A stretch of 64,000 nt of DNA from a virus, in IMG/VR virus record IMGVR_UViG_3300031576_000009, positions 37,721-101,720 of that record; one strand, 5' to 3'. A program made the translations under genes and the position numbers. This document shows positions 54,737 to 63,429 of this stretch, piece after piece (the first letter of the stretch is position 1; each line of letters starts with the position of its first letter). The notes under the pieces were generated by a model that saw nothing but the letters and a program-made list of their open reading frames with translations, ran no database searches and was not told the origin of the DNA.

Positions 54737-55201
54737 CTACGCTTCCTTCTGCTGCTCGCTGCAAGTGTCGCTGTCACGGCAGCAACGCTGCGCCTCCTCC
54801 TCCCTGCGGTAGAGCGTCTCGCAGTGGCCACACTCGAAGGTCACCTTCTCGCCGTGATCGGCAAAGAAGTGTTCGATGAATGTATCCCGGTCGTCGAACA
54901 CCTCCTCGCAAGCGAGACAGGTCCAGCCGTGGTTGTACTGCTTGATGTGCTGCCTGTTGTGATTGTCCTCAGAGAGATCGAAGTCCTCGTTATCCTGATC
55001 GGGTTCGCTCTCGTCGTCCTTCTCCTCCTCTGGGTTCTCCTGGAGCTTCCGCAGGCCATCGACGATCCCGTCGATGATGATCCCGTGGTTGGTCAGGTCG
55101 AGATGGCGCAGGTCGAACTCGCCATCGTCGGCGAACCGAAACTTCTCGCCCTGCACCCAATCCCCGTCGTCGACCACGACGGCCAACCGAACTGTACTCA
55201 T
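54737..55201 (-). CDS. acidic C2H2-like zinc-finger protein
   Basis: CLAC...F...H....H; CGHC...CC. Confidence 0.75.
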   Translation of the reverse strand: MSTVRLAVVVDDGDWVQGEKFRFADDGEFDLRHLDLTNHGIIIDGIVDGLRKLQENPEEEKDDESEPDQDNEDFDLSEDNHNRQHIKQYNHGWTCLACEEVFDDRDTFIEHFFADHGEKVTFECGHCETLYRREEEAQRCCRDSDTCSEQQKEA

Positions 55202-55222
55202 CGATGTACCTCCTTCAAACGC

Positions 55223-55262
55223 AAAAAGGCCCCAACCGGACGAATGTCCGATTGGAGCCTTT
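55223..55262 (-). terminator. intrinsic terminator
   Basis: AAAGGCTCCAATCGGAC/GTCCGGTTGGGGCCTTT stem plus T-run. Confidence 0.85.
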
Positions 55263-55297
55263 GCTTTGTTACCAGAAGTATCCCACCGTTTGCCTGA

Positions 55298-55702
55298 TTA
55301 GGACCCGAACGGATCGGCGATCCCGAACTCCTTGCGCACGAAGTCCTCGATGACGGCCGGCGGCATCTTGTCCTTTTCGAGCTCGCCCGCCCGCTTGCCC
55401 ATCTCCGCGACCGTCTGGTTGTCGGGCGGCATCACGCCCCAGAACGGGTGCGCAGCGCCGACGATTGCGTTCCAGAGCTTTCGCGACGCTTCGTCCATGC
55501 CCTCGCCGAACACCCGCCCGATGTTCTTCTTCGCGAGCAGTTCGGCCTCCCCATACGTGCAGGTGTCCCGCTCGATGATCTCCTCGACGTAGTCGTCGAA
55601 GAACTTCTTCACGGCGAACTCATCGAACACGTCCACCCGCAAGACCGCCTGATCGAAGTCTCCGATCGTCGGGTACTTCCATGTCTTCAGCTGCGCTATC
55701 AT
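55298..55702 (-). CDS. hypothetical protein
   Basis: GGAGGG RBS; start re-called at MIAQLK. Confidence 0.7.
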   Translation of the reverse strand: MIAQLKTWKYPTIGDFDQAVLRVDVFDEFAVKKFFDDYVEEIIERDTCTYGEAELLAKKNIGRVFGEGMDEASRKLWNAIVGAAHPFWGVMPPDNQTVAEMGKRAGELEKDKMPPAVIEDFVRKEFGIADPFGS

Positions 55703-55936
55703 GAGCCCTCCTGCTTGATGTCGAGTAGTTCGGTCGGGAGCCATTCCTGCACGTCAACCTCCAGCACGATCTCCCGCTGATTCACATACGGCATCCCATC
55801 CGGCTGCATCAGATACCCGCACTTCCTGGTGTCCAGATCGATACGGTACTTCTTTCCAAGGGGGACGTTGGTCGTGCATCTCAACAACGCCGTCGGCGGT
55901 GATGCGTCGCTTAAGCCTCGCTGTCACGATCTTCAT
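55699..55936 (-). pseudogene. frameshifted small ORF
   Basis: MKIVTARL...EMHD and NVPLGKKY...LPTELL join if one base at 55870-55871 is removed (span 3n+1). Confidence 0.55.
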
Positions 55937-56507
55937 CGTCGTCCTCCGGGCGCTGCTCGTTGCGTACCGGCTCACCCAGGTAGGTTAGCACTACCTTGCT
56001 GGCATTCCAGATGATACCGCTAGCGCAGTCCCAAGCGTTGTACCACAGCAACAATAACCGCAGCATGTTGTAGTAGTACTGCGTGAGCTCGACGCCGTCG
56101 TGGCCTTCGGCGGCGATCCGCTCCCAGTCGATGTGGTCGTCCATGTGGCGCAGCTTCGCCACCGGAAACTCAAACACGTGACGCCACGGCGGATGGACGC
56201 TGTACTTCTCGTGGAACGCCTCCACATCTCGCGCCGTCCTGAGCCGCAGCATGTTGCAGCGGGAGAGATCAACACTGTAGACGTACTTGTAGTTCTGCAT
56301 CCAGTCGGTGTTGCCCTCCACCCATTTCTGCCAGGCGCCGTCGATCTCGTACCAGAAGCCGTTCGGCTTAAGGAAGCCCGCGGCGCGCTTTTCGAGTAGC
56401 ACGGTGCCGTCCTTATCGACGATGTCCTCTTGCGGAACACGAGGACCGCGATCCTCCAGCACCATCGGTTCGATCAACGACCGTGCAAGATGCGTGTACT
56501 TCTTCAT
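55911..56507 (-). CDS. conserved viral protein, possible ADP-ribosyltransferase-like fold
   Basis: YTH...KPNGFWY...IDW...GHDGVEL...WDCASGIIWN. Confidence 0.7.
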   Translation of the reverse strand: MKKYTHLARSLIEPMVLEDRGPRVPQEDIVDKDGTVLLEKRAAGFLKPNGFWYEIDGAWQKWVEGNTDWMQNYKYVYSVDLSRCNMLRLRTARDVEAFHEKYSVHPPWRHVFEFPVAKLRHMDDHIDWERIAAEGHDGVELTQYYYNMLRLLLLWYNAWDCASGIIWNASKVVLTYLGEPVRNEQRPEDDDEDRDSEA

Positions 56508-57055
56508 GAGAGATGCTCCTCGACCTCGATCACTGATGGGTCGAAGCGCTCGTGGTACTCCCATTCGAGATACCGCCAGAGCACTTCACCGCCGTGCTCG
56601 ACGAGCACCTGAAAGACATCCTGCGATCGCAACGCAGAGCCGTCGTAGTAGCAGGGACCGAAGACGTACCGACACTCCTCCTGCGGCTCCTGCCCACAGT
56701 ACTGCGATCGCAGCGAATGATAGCCGATGTCCGCTGCCATCGGTCGATCGAGGAACGAGCAGCAGGTATCCTCGAAGACCTCCAGAATCGGAGTTCCCTC
56801 CAGCTTCCCGTGCTCCAGCTCCGCACGGAGCTTCAACTTGCTCACTCCCTTCATGAAGTCGATCTTCCGCTTCGTGTCTTGCCACTCGTACACGTGCGGA
56901 AGCATCCAGTTGGTGTACACGACGAAGGTGATCGCCCCCATTGGACCGCGGACCATCCAGACCATCTGGACGCCGTGCACGCCATAGTCCTTCGAAGGAT
57001 CGTTTGAGCGGCGATCCCAGGCTGGGGACCAATCGATGCTACGCTCCAGCTCCAT
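56504..57055 (-). CDS. conserved phage hypothetical protein
   Basis: YGVHG...DIGYHS...C...CYYDGS. Confidence 0.75.
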   Translation of the reverse strand: MELERSIDWSPAWDRRSNDPSKDYGVHGVQMVWMVRGPMGAITFVVYTNWMLPHVYEWQDTKRKIDFMKGVSKLKLRAELEHGKLEGTPILEVFEDTCCSFLDRPMAADIGYHSLRSQYCGQEPQEECRYVFGPCYYDGSALRSQDVFQVLVEHGGEVLWRYLEWEYHERFDPSVIEVEEHLS

Positions 57056-57069
57056 TGGCAGTCCTCCTC

Positions 57070-57324
57070 CTAACTTTTCGTGATGGAGCCATCCGGATTG
57101 ATGATTTCCATCTCGACGCGCGTGGTGAAGCGTACGAGATGGATCAGCTTGCCGACGTACTTCGCGAGCTCGATGGCGATCGGGCGCAGGGACTCCAGCC
57201 GCTTCTCGTCCGCCGCGATGAGCGGCAACCAGACCCTGTCGTGAAACATGGCACAGGCGCCTTCATCTTCCGGCCCATTATCCTCGGCGATGAAGGCCCA
57301 GACTGAGTTGATGACCGGCATCAT
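57070..57324 (-). CDS. conserved phage hypothetical protein
   Basis: WAFIAED...EG...PLIAAD...LVRFTTR; start at MMPVIN. Confidence 0.7.
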   Translation of the reverse strand: MMPVINSVWAFIAEDNGPEDEGACAMFHDRVWLPLIAADEKRLESLRPIAIELAKYVGKLIHLVRFTTRVEMEIINPDGSITKS

Positions 57325-57686
57325 GTCCCTCGCTTGCTGATCGGCTTGTCTGGATAGCACGGACCGCTTCGCAAGGTGAAGAAGTTGCCGTGGAGCGACG
57401 CGATGACCGCTTCCAGCGTGGGGAACTTCTCACCAGGGTAGCTATCGAACGATCGCTTCACGAGCCCCATCCGATCGTCTGCTTCGATGAGCGCCGAGCA
57501 CTCATCACACGCGGCCCAGTCGGTGATCGAATCGAGATGCACCGTCTTGCCTTCCGCGTTGGTCATTGATGCCTGGCGGAAGGACTTGCACGGGTAGCCC
57601 CACTTGATGTCCTTCGACGAACAGAAGTCACACTGTTCCTCACCGGGCTTTGGTGTGATGTCGATCTTTTCGACCTTGGCCATCAT
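57321..57686 (-). CDS. zinc-binding hypothetical protein
   Basis: CDFCS...WAACDEC. Confidence 0.75.
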   Translation of the reverse strand: MMAKVEKIDITPKPGEEQCDFCSSKDIKWGYPCKSFRQASMTNAEGKTVHLDSITDWAACDECSALIEADDRMGLVKRSFDSYPGEKFPTLEAVIASLHGNFFTLRSGPCYPDKPISKRGT

Positions 57687-57692
57687 CGCCTC

Positions 57693-58199
57693 CTAGATAA
57701 ACGTTCCCTCCTTCGCACTTGGGCTGAAGGGCGGGTCCCACTGCTGGCCAGGGAATATCTTCGGATCGTTCTGCTCCTCGACGATGAGGCGCACGAGATC
57801 GGCGCTGTACTTCATCCACCGCTCCATTGCGCCTCGGCGGATGGCGATCGGCCGGTTCGGGTCGTAGCATTTCGCCCGCTGACAGCGCAGGAACCAGCAG
57901 ATCAGAACCATGCCGGCGACGGCGGCGAAGCGCATGTTCTCGTCGTGCGGCTCCTTCGGCGAAGTCTTCAAGACCTCGTTGAAGATGTCCCGGACCCACC
58001 GACTCAGGTTGGTGTTCCCATGACCCTTCCACTTCCCTTTCGTGATCGGCTTCGTGTGCTTGGCGATCGCCGCCTGCACGCGCTGCACCCACCAAGTCAT
58101 GTCGTGCTTGGTAGTCAGCTGCAGGAAGTGGGGCTCGCGGATGAGCTTCTTCAGCTTGAACACGAGCTTCTTCTTGATCTTCTTCTTTCGCTTCTTCAC
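57693..58199 (-). CDS. hypothetical protein with Lys-rich N-terminus
   Basis: GGAGG RBS, GTGA coupling. Confidence 0.7.
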   Translation of the reverse strand: MKKRKKKIKKKLVFKLKKLIREPHFLQLTTKHDMTWWVQRVQAAIAKHTKPITKGKWKGHGNTNLSRWVRDIFNEVLKTSPKEPHDENMRFAAVAGMVLICWFLRCQRAKCYDPNRPIAIRRGAMERWMKYSADLVRLIVEEQNDPKIFPGQQWDPPFSPSAKEGTFI

Positions 58200-58504
58200 G
58201 CTCGATCCTCCGGCGGCATCATGACGGCCCAGCGGGTGATTACCTCACCGAATCGCTGCGTCAACAGCGAATATGAATCACGAGGGACGAGATCGAGACA
58301 TACGACCGCGAGGATCATCATCGCGAGGTACTTAGACGCATCGAACGTCGTCAGCGTCTCGTTCTCCATCAACCGCGTGAAGAGCTACGCGTTGTCTTCG
58401 ATGATGCTCGCGAAGCTGTTACCTGCTGGACCGAAGAGGCGAACGATGAGTCGACGTTTCTCGTCGATAAGTTCCTTGAGCCGCGCTTTCTCCTGCTCGT
58501 CCAT
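58196..58504 (-). pseudogene. 102-codon ORF with internal TAG at 58385-58387
   Basis: MDEQEKARL...EDNA*LFTRLMENE...PPEDRA*; ends in overlap with next start. Confidence 0.5.
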
Positions 58505-58834
58505 ATCAACTTCCCCCACAAGCGATGGCTGGGACCGAAGAGGGACATCGCCATCGCTTCGAATGCCACTCGTTCGTCGAATAATTTCTTGCCTGGGATA
58601 CAGAAACGAAACCGCCGGTCGTCGAAGTACTTCAACTTCCGGCGGCACCGCGAACAGCGTGCGGCGTGCTTAGAGAATCGATTCACGAACGGCGTCGCCG
58701 AGCTTCTTGCCATGCTTCTCCTCCCACAGCTTCGTCACGGCGGCGAGCTTGGCTACGATATCGGTCTGCTTCCGCAGTCTCTCCTGACCATCCAGGCACT
58801 CGGGGCAGTAGTTCACCTTCTCTGCGCAGTTTCT

Positions 58835-59020
58835 TCACCGCGTGATCGCACGCTGGTACATCTCCATCACGGCGATCGACACACTAAGCAGCATCGTGTA
58901 GAGCAGCATCAGTAGCTCGCCGGCATCCATCACCTCCAGCTTCGCCTTCAACGATGCTGGGATGTCGCCCAACAACTTATCGATCAGGTCCTTTGCGTCG
59001 AGTTCGATCTCGTCGCCCAT
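58835..59020 (-). CDS. hypothetical protein
   Basis: GGAGGGG RBS. Confidence 0.65.
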   Translation of the reverse strand: MGDEIELDAKDLIDKLLGDIPASLKAKLEVMDAGELLMLLYTMLLSVSIAVMEMYQRAITR

Positions 59021-59021
59021 T

Positions 59022-59202
59022 TTACCCCTCCGACTCGGCCTGCGTAGCCTTCTTCCTAAGAATCCTCGCCGAACAGCCGCACCTGTTCCGGCGAGAAGAT
59101 AAGATGACCACCATCGTCGGTCTGCTCAATGCGCGGGTGGTTGACGACCACATCGCCGCGTCCATTAGTCCCGACCTCCAGCTCACCGGTAACCTTCTCC
59201 AT
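59022..59202 (-). pseudogene. frameshifted small ORF
   Basis: MEKVTGELEVG...FSPEQVRLF / ARILRKKATQAESEG*; span 3n+1. Confidence 0.5.
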
Positions 59203-59366
59203 TAGTCCCCCTTTCGCAGCGCGTCCTGAAATGCCTTGAGCGCGAAGTACCGCAACGTGAGCCCATGTTGCGCGCAGCGCACCTTCATTGCTCGGTGCAG
59301 AGGCTTCGGCATCCGATTGATGACCATACGCCGCTGGCCGTTCTTTCCCAACTTACTCGCGGACAA
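59202..59366 (-). CDS. ParG-like ribbon-helix-helix protein (54 aa)
   Basis: Hand translation ...RRMVINRMPKPLHRAMKVRCAQHGLTLRYFALKAF...; AGGAGG RBS, TTG start. Confidence 0.65.
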   Translation of the reverse strand: MSASKLGKNGQRRMVINRMPKPLHRAMKVRCAQHGLTLRYFALKAFQDALRKGD

Positions 59367-59367
59367 T

Positions 59368-59571
59368 CTAATACCCTCCTTTTGACGGGGTCGTTCCTTG
59401 CTTGCGCAGAATGTCCTCGGTGATCTGCGCCATCTTCTCGACGTGCTCCATATCGTCCAGTCTTCGTTGTAGCTCCTCGCCCGTAATCAAAGCGTCGGGA
59501 TTTGTCGCAATCTCCGCGAGTCGACGACGGGCCACCTTGGCATCGTGTTCGTCTTCATCGTGCGTGCTCAC
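59368..59571 (-). CDS. small protein resembling type II antitoxin C-terminus
   Basis: DAKVARRRLAEI...ITGEEL. Confidence 0.6.
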   Translation of the reverse strand: MSTHDEDEHDAKVARRRLAEIATNPDALITGEELQRRLDDMEHVEKMAQITEDILRKQGTTPSKGGY

Positions 59572-59828
59572 GTTACGTCACCGAAGCGGGCGGTGATCGC
59601 TGCAGCAGCGATCTGGAAGAGCCGCAAGCTCGTCTCGGCGAGTACCACCTTGCCGTCAGGAAGATCGATGCGGAAGGTAACGCTCGGGAGGCCGCTCGTC
59701 ATACCTCCGGTCAGACACGCCACCTGGATCGGTGGCGCATTGTTCCCTAAGTGGATCACGTCCTGCTGGCGCGTACGGATATCGGGCCAGCAGTTGTCAC
59801 CGTCGAGAATCACGCTCAGAACTGGCAT
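59568..59828 (-). CDS. conserved phage hypothetical protein
   Basis: GGMTSGLPSV...LPDG...VLAETS. Confidence 0.75.
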   Translation of the reverse strand: MPVLSVILDGDNCWPDIRTRQQDVIHLGNNAPPIQVACLTGGMTSGLPSVTFRIDLPDGKVVLAETSLRLFQIAAAAITARFGDVT

Positions 59829-59961
59829 TCCCTTCCTCCCGTCGCGCGAGCGCTTCTTCGAGCAGCACGCGCACCATGTTCGAGACTGGCCGTCGTTCGT
59901 CGACTGCCAAACGCTTGATCCTGACGAGCAGCTTCCCGTTGAGCTCGACGTGTTGCCGCAT
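59797..59961 (-). CDS. Arc/CopG-like ribbon-helix-helix protein (54 aa)
   Basis: Hand translation MRQHVELNGKLLVRIKRLAVDERRPVSNMVRVLLEEAL...; very strong RBS. Confidence 0.75.
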   Translation of the reverse strand: MRQHVELNGKLLVRIKRLAVDERRPVSNMVRVLLEEALARREEGNASSERDSRR

Positions 59962-59999
59962 CCTCCCCTCCTCCTTCTAGTTCAGTGCACGAGGTGCAT

Positions 60000-60050
60000 T
60001 GCGTATCTCGATCACGAGCGGGGTGTCAAGTGTTTTTTTTTGCGATCACG
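60000..60050 (-). promoter_or_regulatory. sigma70-type promoter with possible operator repeats
   Basis: A-tract, TTGACA, 18-nt spacer, TACGCA; CGATCACG repeated at 60009 and 60043. Confidence 0.55.
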
Positions 60051-60344
60051 TGGGCGGGAGCGGCGACCAGGGCGCTTCGGTAGCCGCTTGTGGGGGATGG
60101 AGCTGAGATTCGGAGGGGGTTTCTTGCTGCTGTAGGCTACCAGCGCGCCGATCGTTGCCATGCCCAGAGCGGCGAGCATGAAAAGCCTCTTGGGGGGTTG
60201 TGCACGTAGCCAGTTGATCGTGTCGGCCGCTTGTCGTGCAGATTGCGTGACCCGGCCGGCACGAAGAATCTGATCGACTGCCTCCTCGAATCGCTCGAAG
60301 AGCTCGATGATGTCTTTGAACGGATCGTTGTCGTTTTGGTTCAT
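60012..60344 (-). CDS. hypothetical protein with one TM segment
   Basis: GAGGAG RBS; LFMLAALGMATIGALVAY. Confidence 0.6.
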   Translation of the reverse strand: MNQNDNDPFKDIIELFERFEEAVDQILRAGRVTQSARQAADTINWLRAQPPKRLFMLAALGMATIGALVAYSSKKPPPNLSSIPHKRLPKRPGRRSRPRDRKKKHLTPRS

Positions 60345-60374
60345 CGTCTTCGATCTCCTCTACAATGGAACGGA

Positions 60375-60402
60375 AGAGGAGGCTGCCGCGGCAGCCTCCT
60401 CT
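60375..60402. repeat. perfect 28-bp palindrome (terminator-like)
   Basis: AGAGGAGGCTGCCGCGGCAGCCTCCTCT just downstream of the AAA gene. Confidence 0.8.
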
Positions 60403-60425
60403 CTATCTAGGCCGATGCTACTGGA

Positions 60426-61955
60426 CTAGATTCCGTTCCCGCCGGTCGCGGGACGGTCGGCCCTCGGCCCGACGACCGACGACCGAAGCCTCTCGCGGTA
60501 CTCCCGGTGCTGGTCCTTCTCGTCCTTGTCGCCCCACGCGGCGGCCTGCGAATCGAAGAGAACCGCGGTGCGGAGGATGGAGTCCGCGATGACGCCCGCT
60601 GCCTTCTCCGAGTCGGACCGGGTGTCCGGCGGAGTCGGCATGATGAGCTTCAGGTGGTGCATCATCGTATCGGCCGCGATCTCCAGGTCGGAGCCGAGCA
60701 GGATGAGCGGATCGCCCGGATTCGTGTGCGAGATCGCCGCCAGCTTGGCGCGCTCGACGCACTCCCGGATCATCGCCGGCAGATTGCCGGCGAGCTTCTG
60801 ACCGACCATGGTGAGGTCCGCCTCGGGTGTGACCAGACCGCGGCCGTACTGATAGATGAGGTGCTCGACCGCCTGGGAGTCGGGCGGCTCGATGTTGACG
60901 ACGGCGTCGAGGCGGCCGGGCCGGAGCATGGCCGGGTGGATGCGCTCGACGTGGTTCGTGGTCAGCACGACGATCAACTCGTTGTGCTTAGTGTCGACGC
61001 CATCGATCGTGTTCAGGATCGCATTGACGGCGTCATCACGGTGCTCCAGGACGGTGTCGATGTCCTCTGCGAAGACGATGCACGGCTGGAAGCGCTGCGC
61101 GAAGGCGATCGCCTGCGCGAGCTCCCGGACGCTGCTCAAGTAGACGAACGTCCAGCCATTCTCGACCGCCTTCTTCGCGGTGACGTTCGCCGTCAGCGTC
61201 TTGCCGCAGCCGTACGGGCCGCTGAGCAGGACGCCACGCTTGAGCGGCACCTTCGCCGAGCGGCACGACTCCGTGTGCTCGATCGGCGTGAAGAGAGCGT
61301 ACTGGATGAGGCGCCCGGTGTCCTTCGCGAACACCAGCTCCTCCGGGCGAACCCCCGAGAGGTCCATGAAGGACGGCTCGGGCATCTCGACGAGCACGTC
61401 CTGCAGCTTCCCGCTGCGATCAGGCTGGCTCTGCAGGAAGGCGACGCGGATGGCCTTCGCACGGTAGATCGACTCCTCACGGACGATCTGCCGCGTGAGG
61501 CGGGCCAGCGCTGCGATCTCCTCCTTGTGCTTCAGGAGGGTCGTCCCGCTGATCTGGAAGTACCAGGAGTTGCCGCGGCGGTTGACTCCCGTCTCGACGT
61601 ACCCAGAGATGGTGGGAATCTCCATGCGACCCCACGGCACCTGGACCGTCTGGTTGTGGCTGATCGGGATGGCGATGAACTCCGGCGGGTTCTTGCTGCC
61701 CCAGAAACCCGGAGTCGGGATCGGCTGGCTGAACCCGTAGGTCCTCGCGATCGCCTTTGCGAACGCCAGCGCGCCGTCGTACGGCAGCGCGTCGATCTCC
61801 TCGGAGATCGCGACCTCGGTGTTCTCCTGCACGTGCTTCTTCTTGAGCCAGCCGATGGCGGTCGGGATGTCCATCCCCGAAGGCAGGATGATCTGCTTCC
61901 CGTTGTACACCACGTCTGGCATGACCTGCGGACCGGCGGATTGCTGTTCGGTCAT
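60426..61955 (-). CDS. classic-clade AAA+ ATPase
   Basis: KRGVLLSGPYGCGKT, Walker B FAEDID, TTN, MLRPGRLD; start re-called at MTEQQ. Confidence 0.92.
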   Translation of the reverse strand: MTEQQSAGPQVMPDVVYNGKQIILPSGMDIPTAIGWLKKKHVQENTEVAISEEIDALPYDGALAFAKAIARTYGFSQPIPTPGFWGSKNPPEFIAIPISHNQTVQVPWGRMEIPTISGYVETGVNRRGNSWYFQISGTTLLKHKEEIAALARLTRQIVREESIYRAKAIRVAFLQSQPDRSGKLQDVLVEMPEPSFMDLSGVRPEELVFAKDTGRLIQYALFTPIEHTESCRSAKVPLKRGVLLSGPYGCGKTLTANVTAKKAVENGWTFVYLSSVRELAQAIAFAQRFQPCIVFAEDIDTVLEHRDDAVNAILNTIDGVDTKHNELIVVLTTNHVERIHPAMLRPGRLDAVVNIEPPDSQAVEHLIYQYGRGLVTPEADLTMVGQKLAGNLPAMIRECVERAKLAAISHTNPGDPLILLGSDLEIAADTMMHHLKLIMPTPPDTRSDSEKAAGVIADSILRTAVLFDSQAAAWGDKDEKDQHREYRERLRSSVVGPRADRPATGGNGI

Positions 61956-62148
61956 GTACACTCCGTTGTACAGTTGGGGTTGGTCGCTAGCATTACCAAC
62001 CTCGCTGCGCCGCTCGGATAAGTGAGAAACGCCTGTGATTGAGCCAGCTACGAGGTCTCCGAGCGTTGAACCACTCGTGGGGCTCAACCACAGGCCACAG
62101 AACCATGTAGGCATCACCTCCTTTCAATCGGGGATTTTGTAGGACATC

Positions 62149-62502
62149 TTAGTGCCCCTTTCCGTGCACTGGGCAGTCTGGATTGACACATCCGTCCACG
62201 AACGCATTGAAGAGCGCGTACGGATCGCGCACGTGCATCAGCTGGACCGTGAACTGATCCCCACAAGCCTGCAGTTCGAGATGCGCCTGGTGGAGCGGGA
62301 AGTTGGGGAGACACTCGCCGCAGAGGTACTCCTCACAGTCGTCGCAGCACATGTTCGTGGGGCAACCACACTGGTTGCACTTCGGCACGAGCGCTAGCAG
62401 GTCCTCGCATCGCGAGCGCCAGCTACGCATGACTTGGTACAGGATGTAGACGCCGGCCCACCCCGTGAACGCGAGCCAGAAGAACACGTTCGTCTGCGTC
62501 AT
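62149..62502 (-). CDS. TM-anchored B-box-like zinc-finger protein
   Basis: MTQTNVFFWLAF TM; CNQC...CDDCEEYLCGEC...H. Confidence 0.7.
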   Translation of the reverse strand: MTQTNVFFWLAFTGWAGVYILYQVMRSWRSRCEDLLALVPKCNQCGCPTNMCCDDCEEYLCGECLPNFPLHQAHLELQACGDQFTVQLMHVRDPYALFNAFVDGCVNPDCPVHGKGH

Positions 62503-62926
62503 GGCTTCTTCCTCCCTTCCTCTCCTCGTGCCCCATCGGCATCGAAACCAGCGGAGCAGACCGCAGTCCATAGTCGCTGTTCGGTGCTGGTCGGAGTAGC
62601 CCACTCGTGGTGCCGAAACCGACCACGCGCCCCGAGCGAAACCGACCACTCGTCAGCAAACTAGCCCAGCACCCGCTGTTCCTTAGTGCAGCGTTGGCGC
62701 CGTTGACACTGAATGCACTTGCGGCAGTGTGCGATGTACACACCGAAGGCGGCGCGTCGTGACATTCCCATCATCAGTGCCTTCCCTCAGCTTCCACGAC
62801 TGAGTGCAAGATAGGCTGGAAAGCCACCCAGGTGTTCTCGGTCAACTGATTGACGCGCGGAAGTAGCACGGAGAGCATGATGATGGCAAGGAAATATTTC
62901 AGGATCGTGCTCATGAGGTCCCCCTC

Positions 62927-62972
62927 AAAAAAAGCAAAGGGGACGCTCAGCGGTTAGACTGAACGTCCCCTT
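62927..62972 (-). terminator. intrinsic terminator
   Basis: AAGGGGACGTTCAG/CTGAGCGTCCCCTT stem plus T-run. Confidence 0.85.
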
Positions 62973-62977
62973 CGACG

Positions 62978-63193
62978 TTAGGCTGCGTGATGCTTCCCGA
63001 GATGCGACTTGAAGTACGCGATCGCCGCCGCGTAGGTCCGACACTTCCCTGCTCTCACGAGCCGCTCCCACAACGGGCGCAGCTCAGACGCGACCCACGA
63101 CGGCGGATGTGTCGCGATCCGACGGATGGTGACCTTGTTGGCCACCGGATCACCTCCCTCACACGTAGATTCGACGTTGGAGCGTGCCATCAC
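62978..63193 (-). CDS. hypothetical protein (likely start GTG, MANKVT)
   Basis: GGAGGTGAT RBS; ends at terminator. Confidence 0.6.
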   Translation of the reverse strand: MMARSNVESTCEGGDPVANKVTIRRIATHPPSWVASELRPLWERLVRAGKCRTYAAAIAYFKSHLGKHHAA

Positions 63194-63386
63194 AGCCCTC
63201 GCGGACTTCGACGTTGGCCCTCAGCGAGCTCGTCTTCTTGATGTGCGCGCCGGATGGCATCCTGGCCGCTGCCCACGAAACGCGTTCGCCACAGTGCAGG
63301 CAGACGACGCGCGATACGAAGAGTAGCATTCTAGACTTTGTGCGAACCTGTATTGGTTGAATCGCCATCTCTCTCATCCTCCACAA
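63159..63386 (-). CDS. hypothetical protein
   Basis: CLHC...C; GGAGG RBS. Confidence 0.5.
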   Translation of the reverse strand: MWRMREMAIQPIQVRTKSRMLLFVSRVVCLHCGERVSWAAARMPSGAHIKKTSSLRANVEVREGCDGTLQRRIYV

Positions 63387-63389
63387 ACG

Positions 63390-63422
63390 AAAAAAAGCGC
63401 TCCCGCTGTTACGCGGGAGCGC
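63390..63422 (-). terminator. intrinsic terminator
   Basis: GCGCTCCCGC/GCGGGAGCGC stem plus T7. Confidence 0.9.
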
Positions 63423-63429
63423 CCTCGTT

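Noticed and set aside
60507-62021. 504-aa plus-strand ORF (likewise 20544-21662, 31710-32969, 10492-11451)
   Set aside because: Antisense shadows of well-supported minus-strand genes.
62636-62657. Hammerhead ribozyme (CTGACGAG and CGAAAC)
   Set aside because: The two core motifs are on opposite strands, so the core cannot form.
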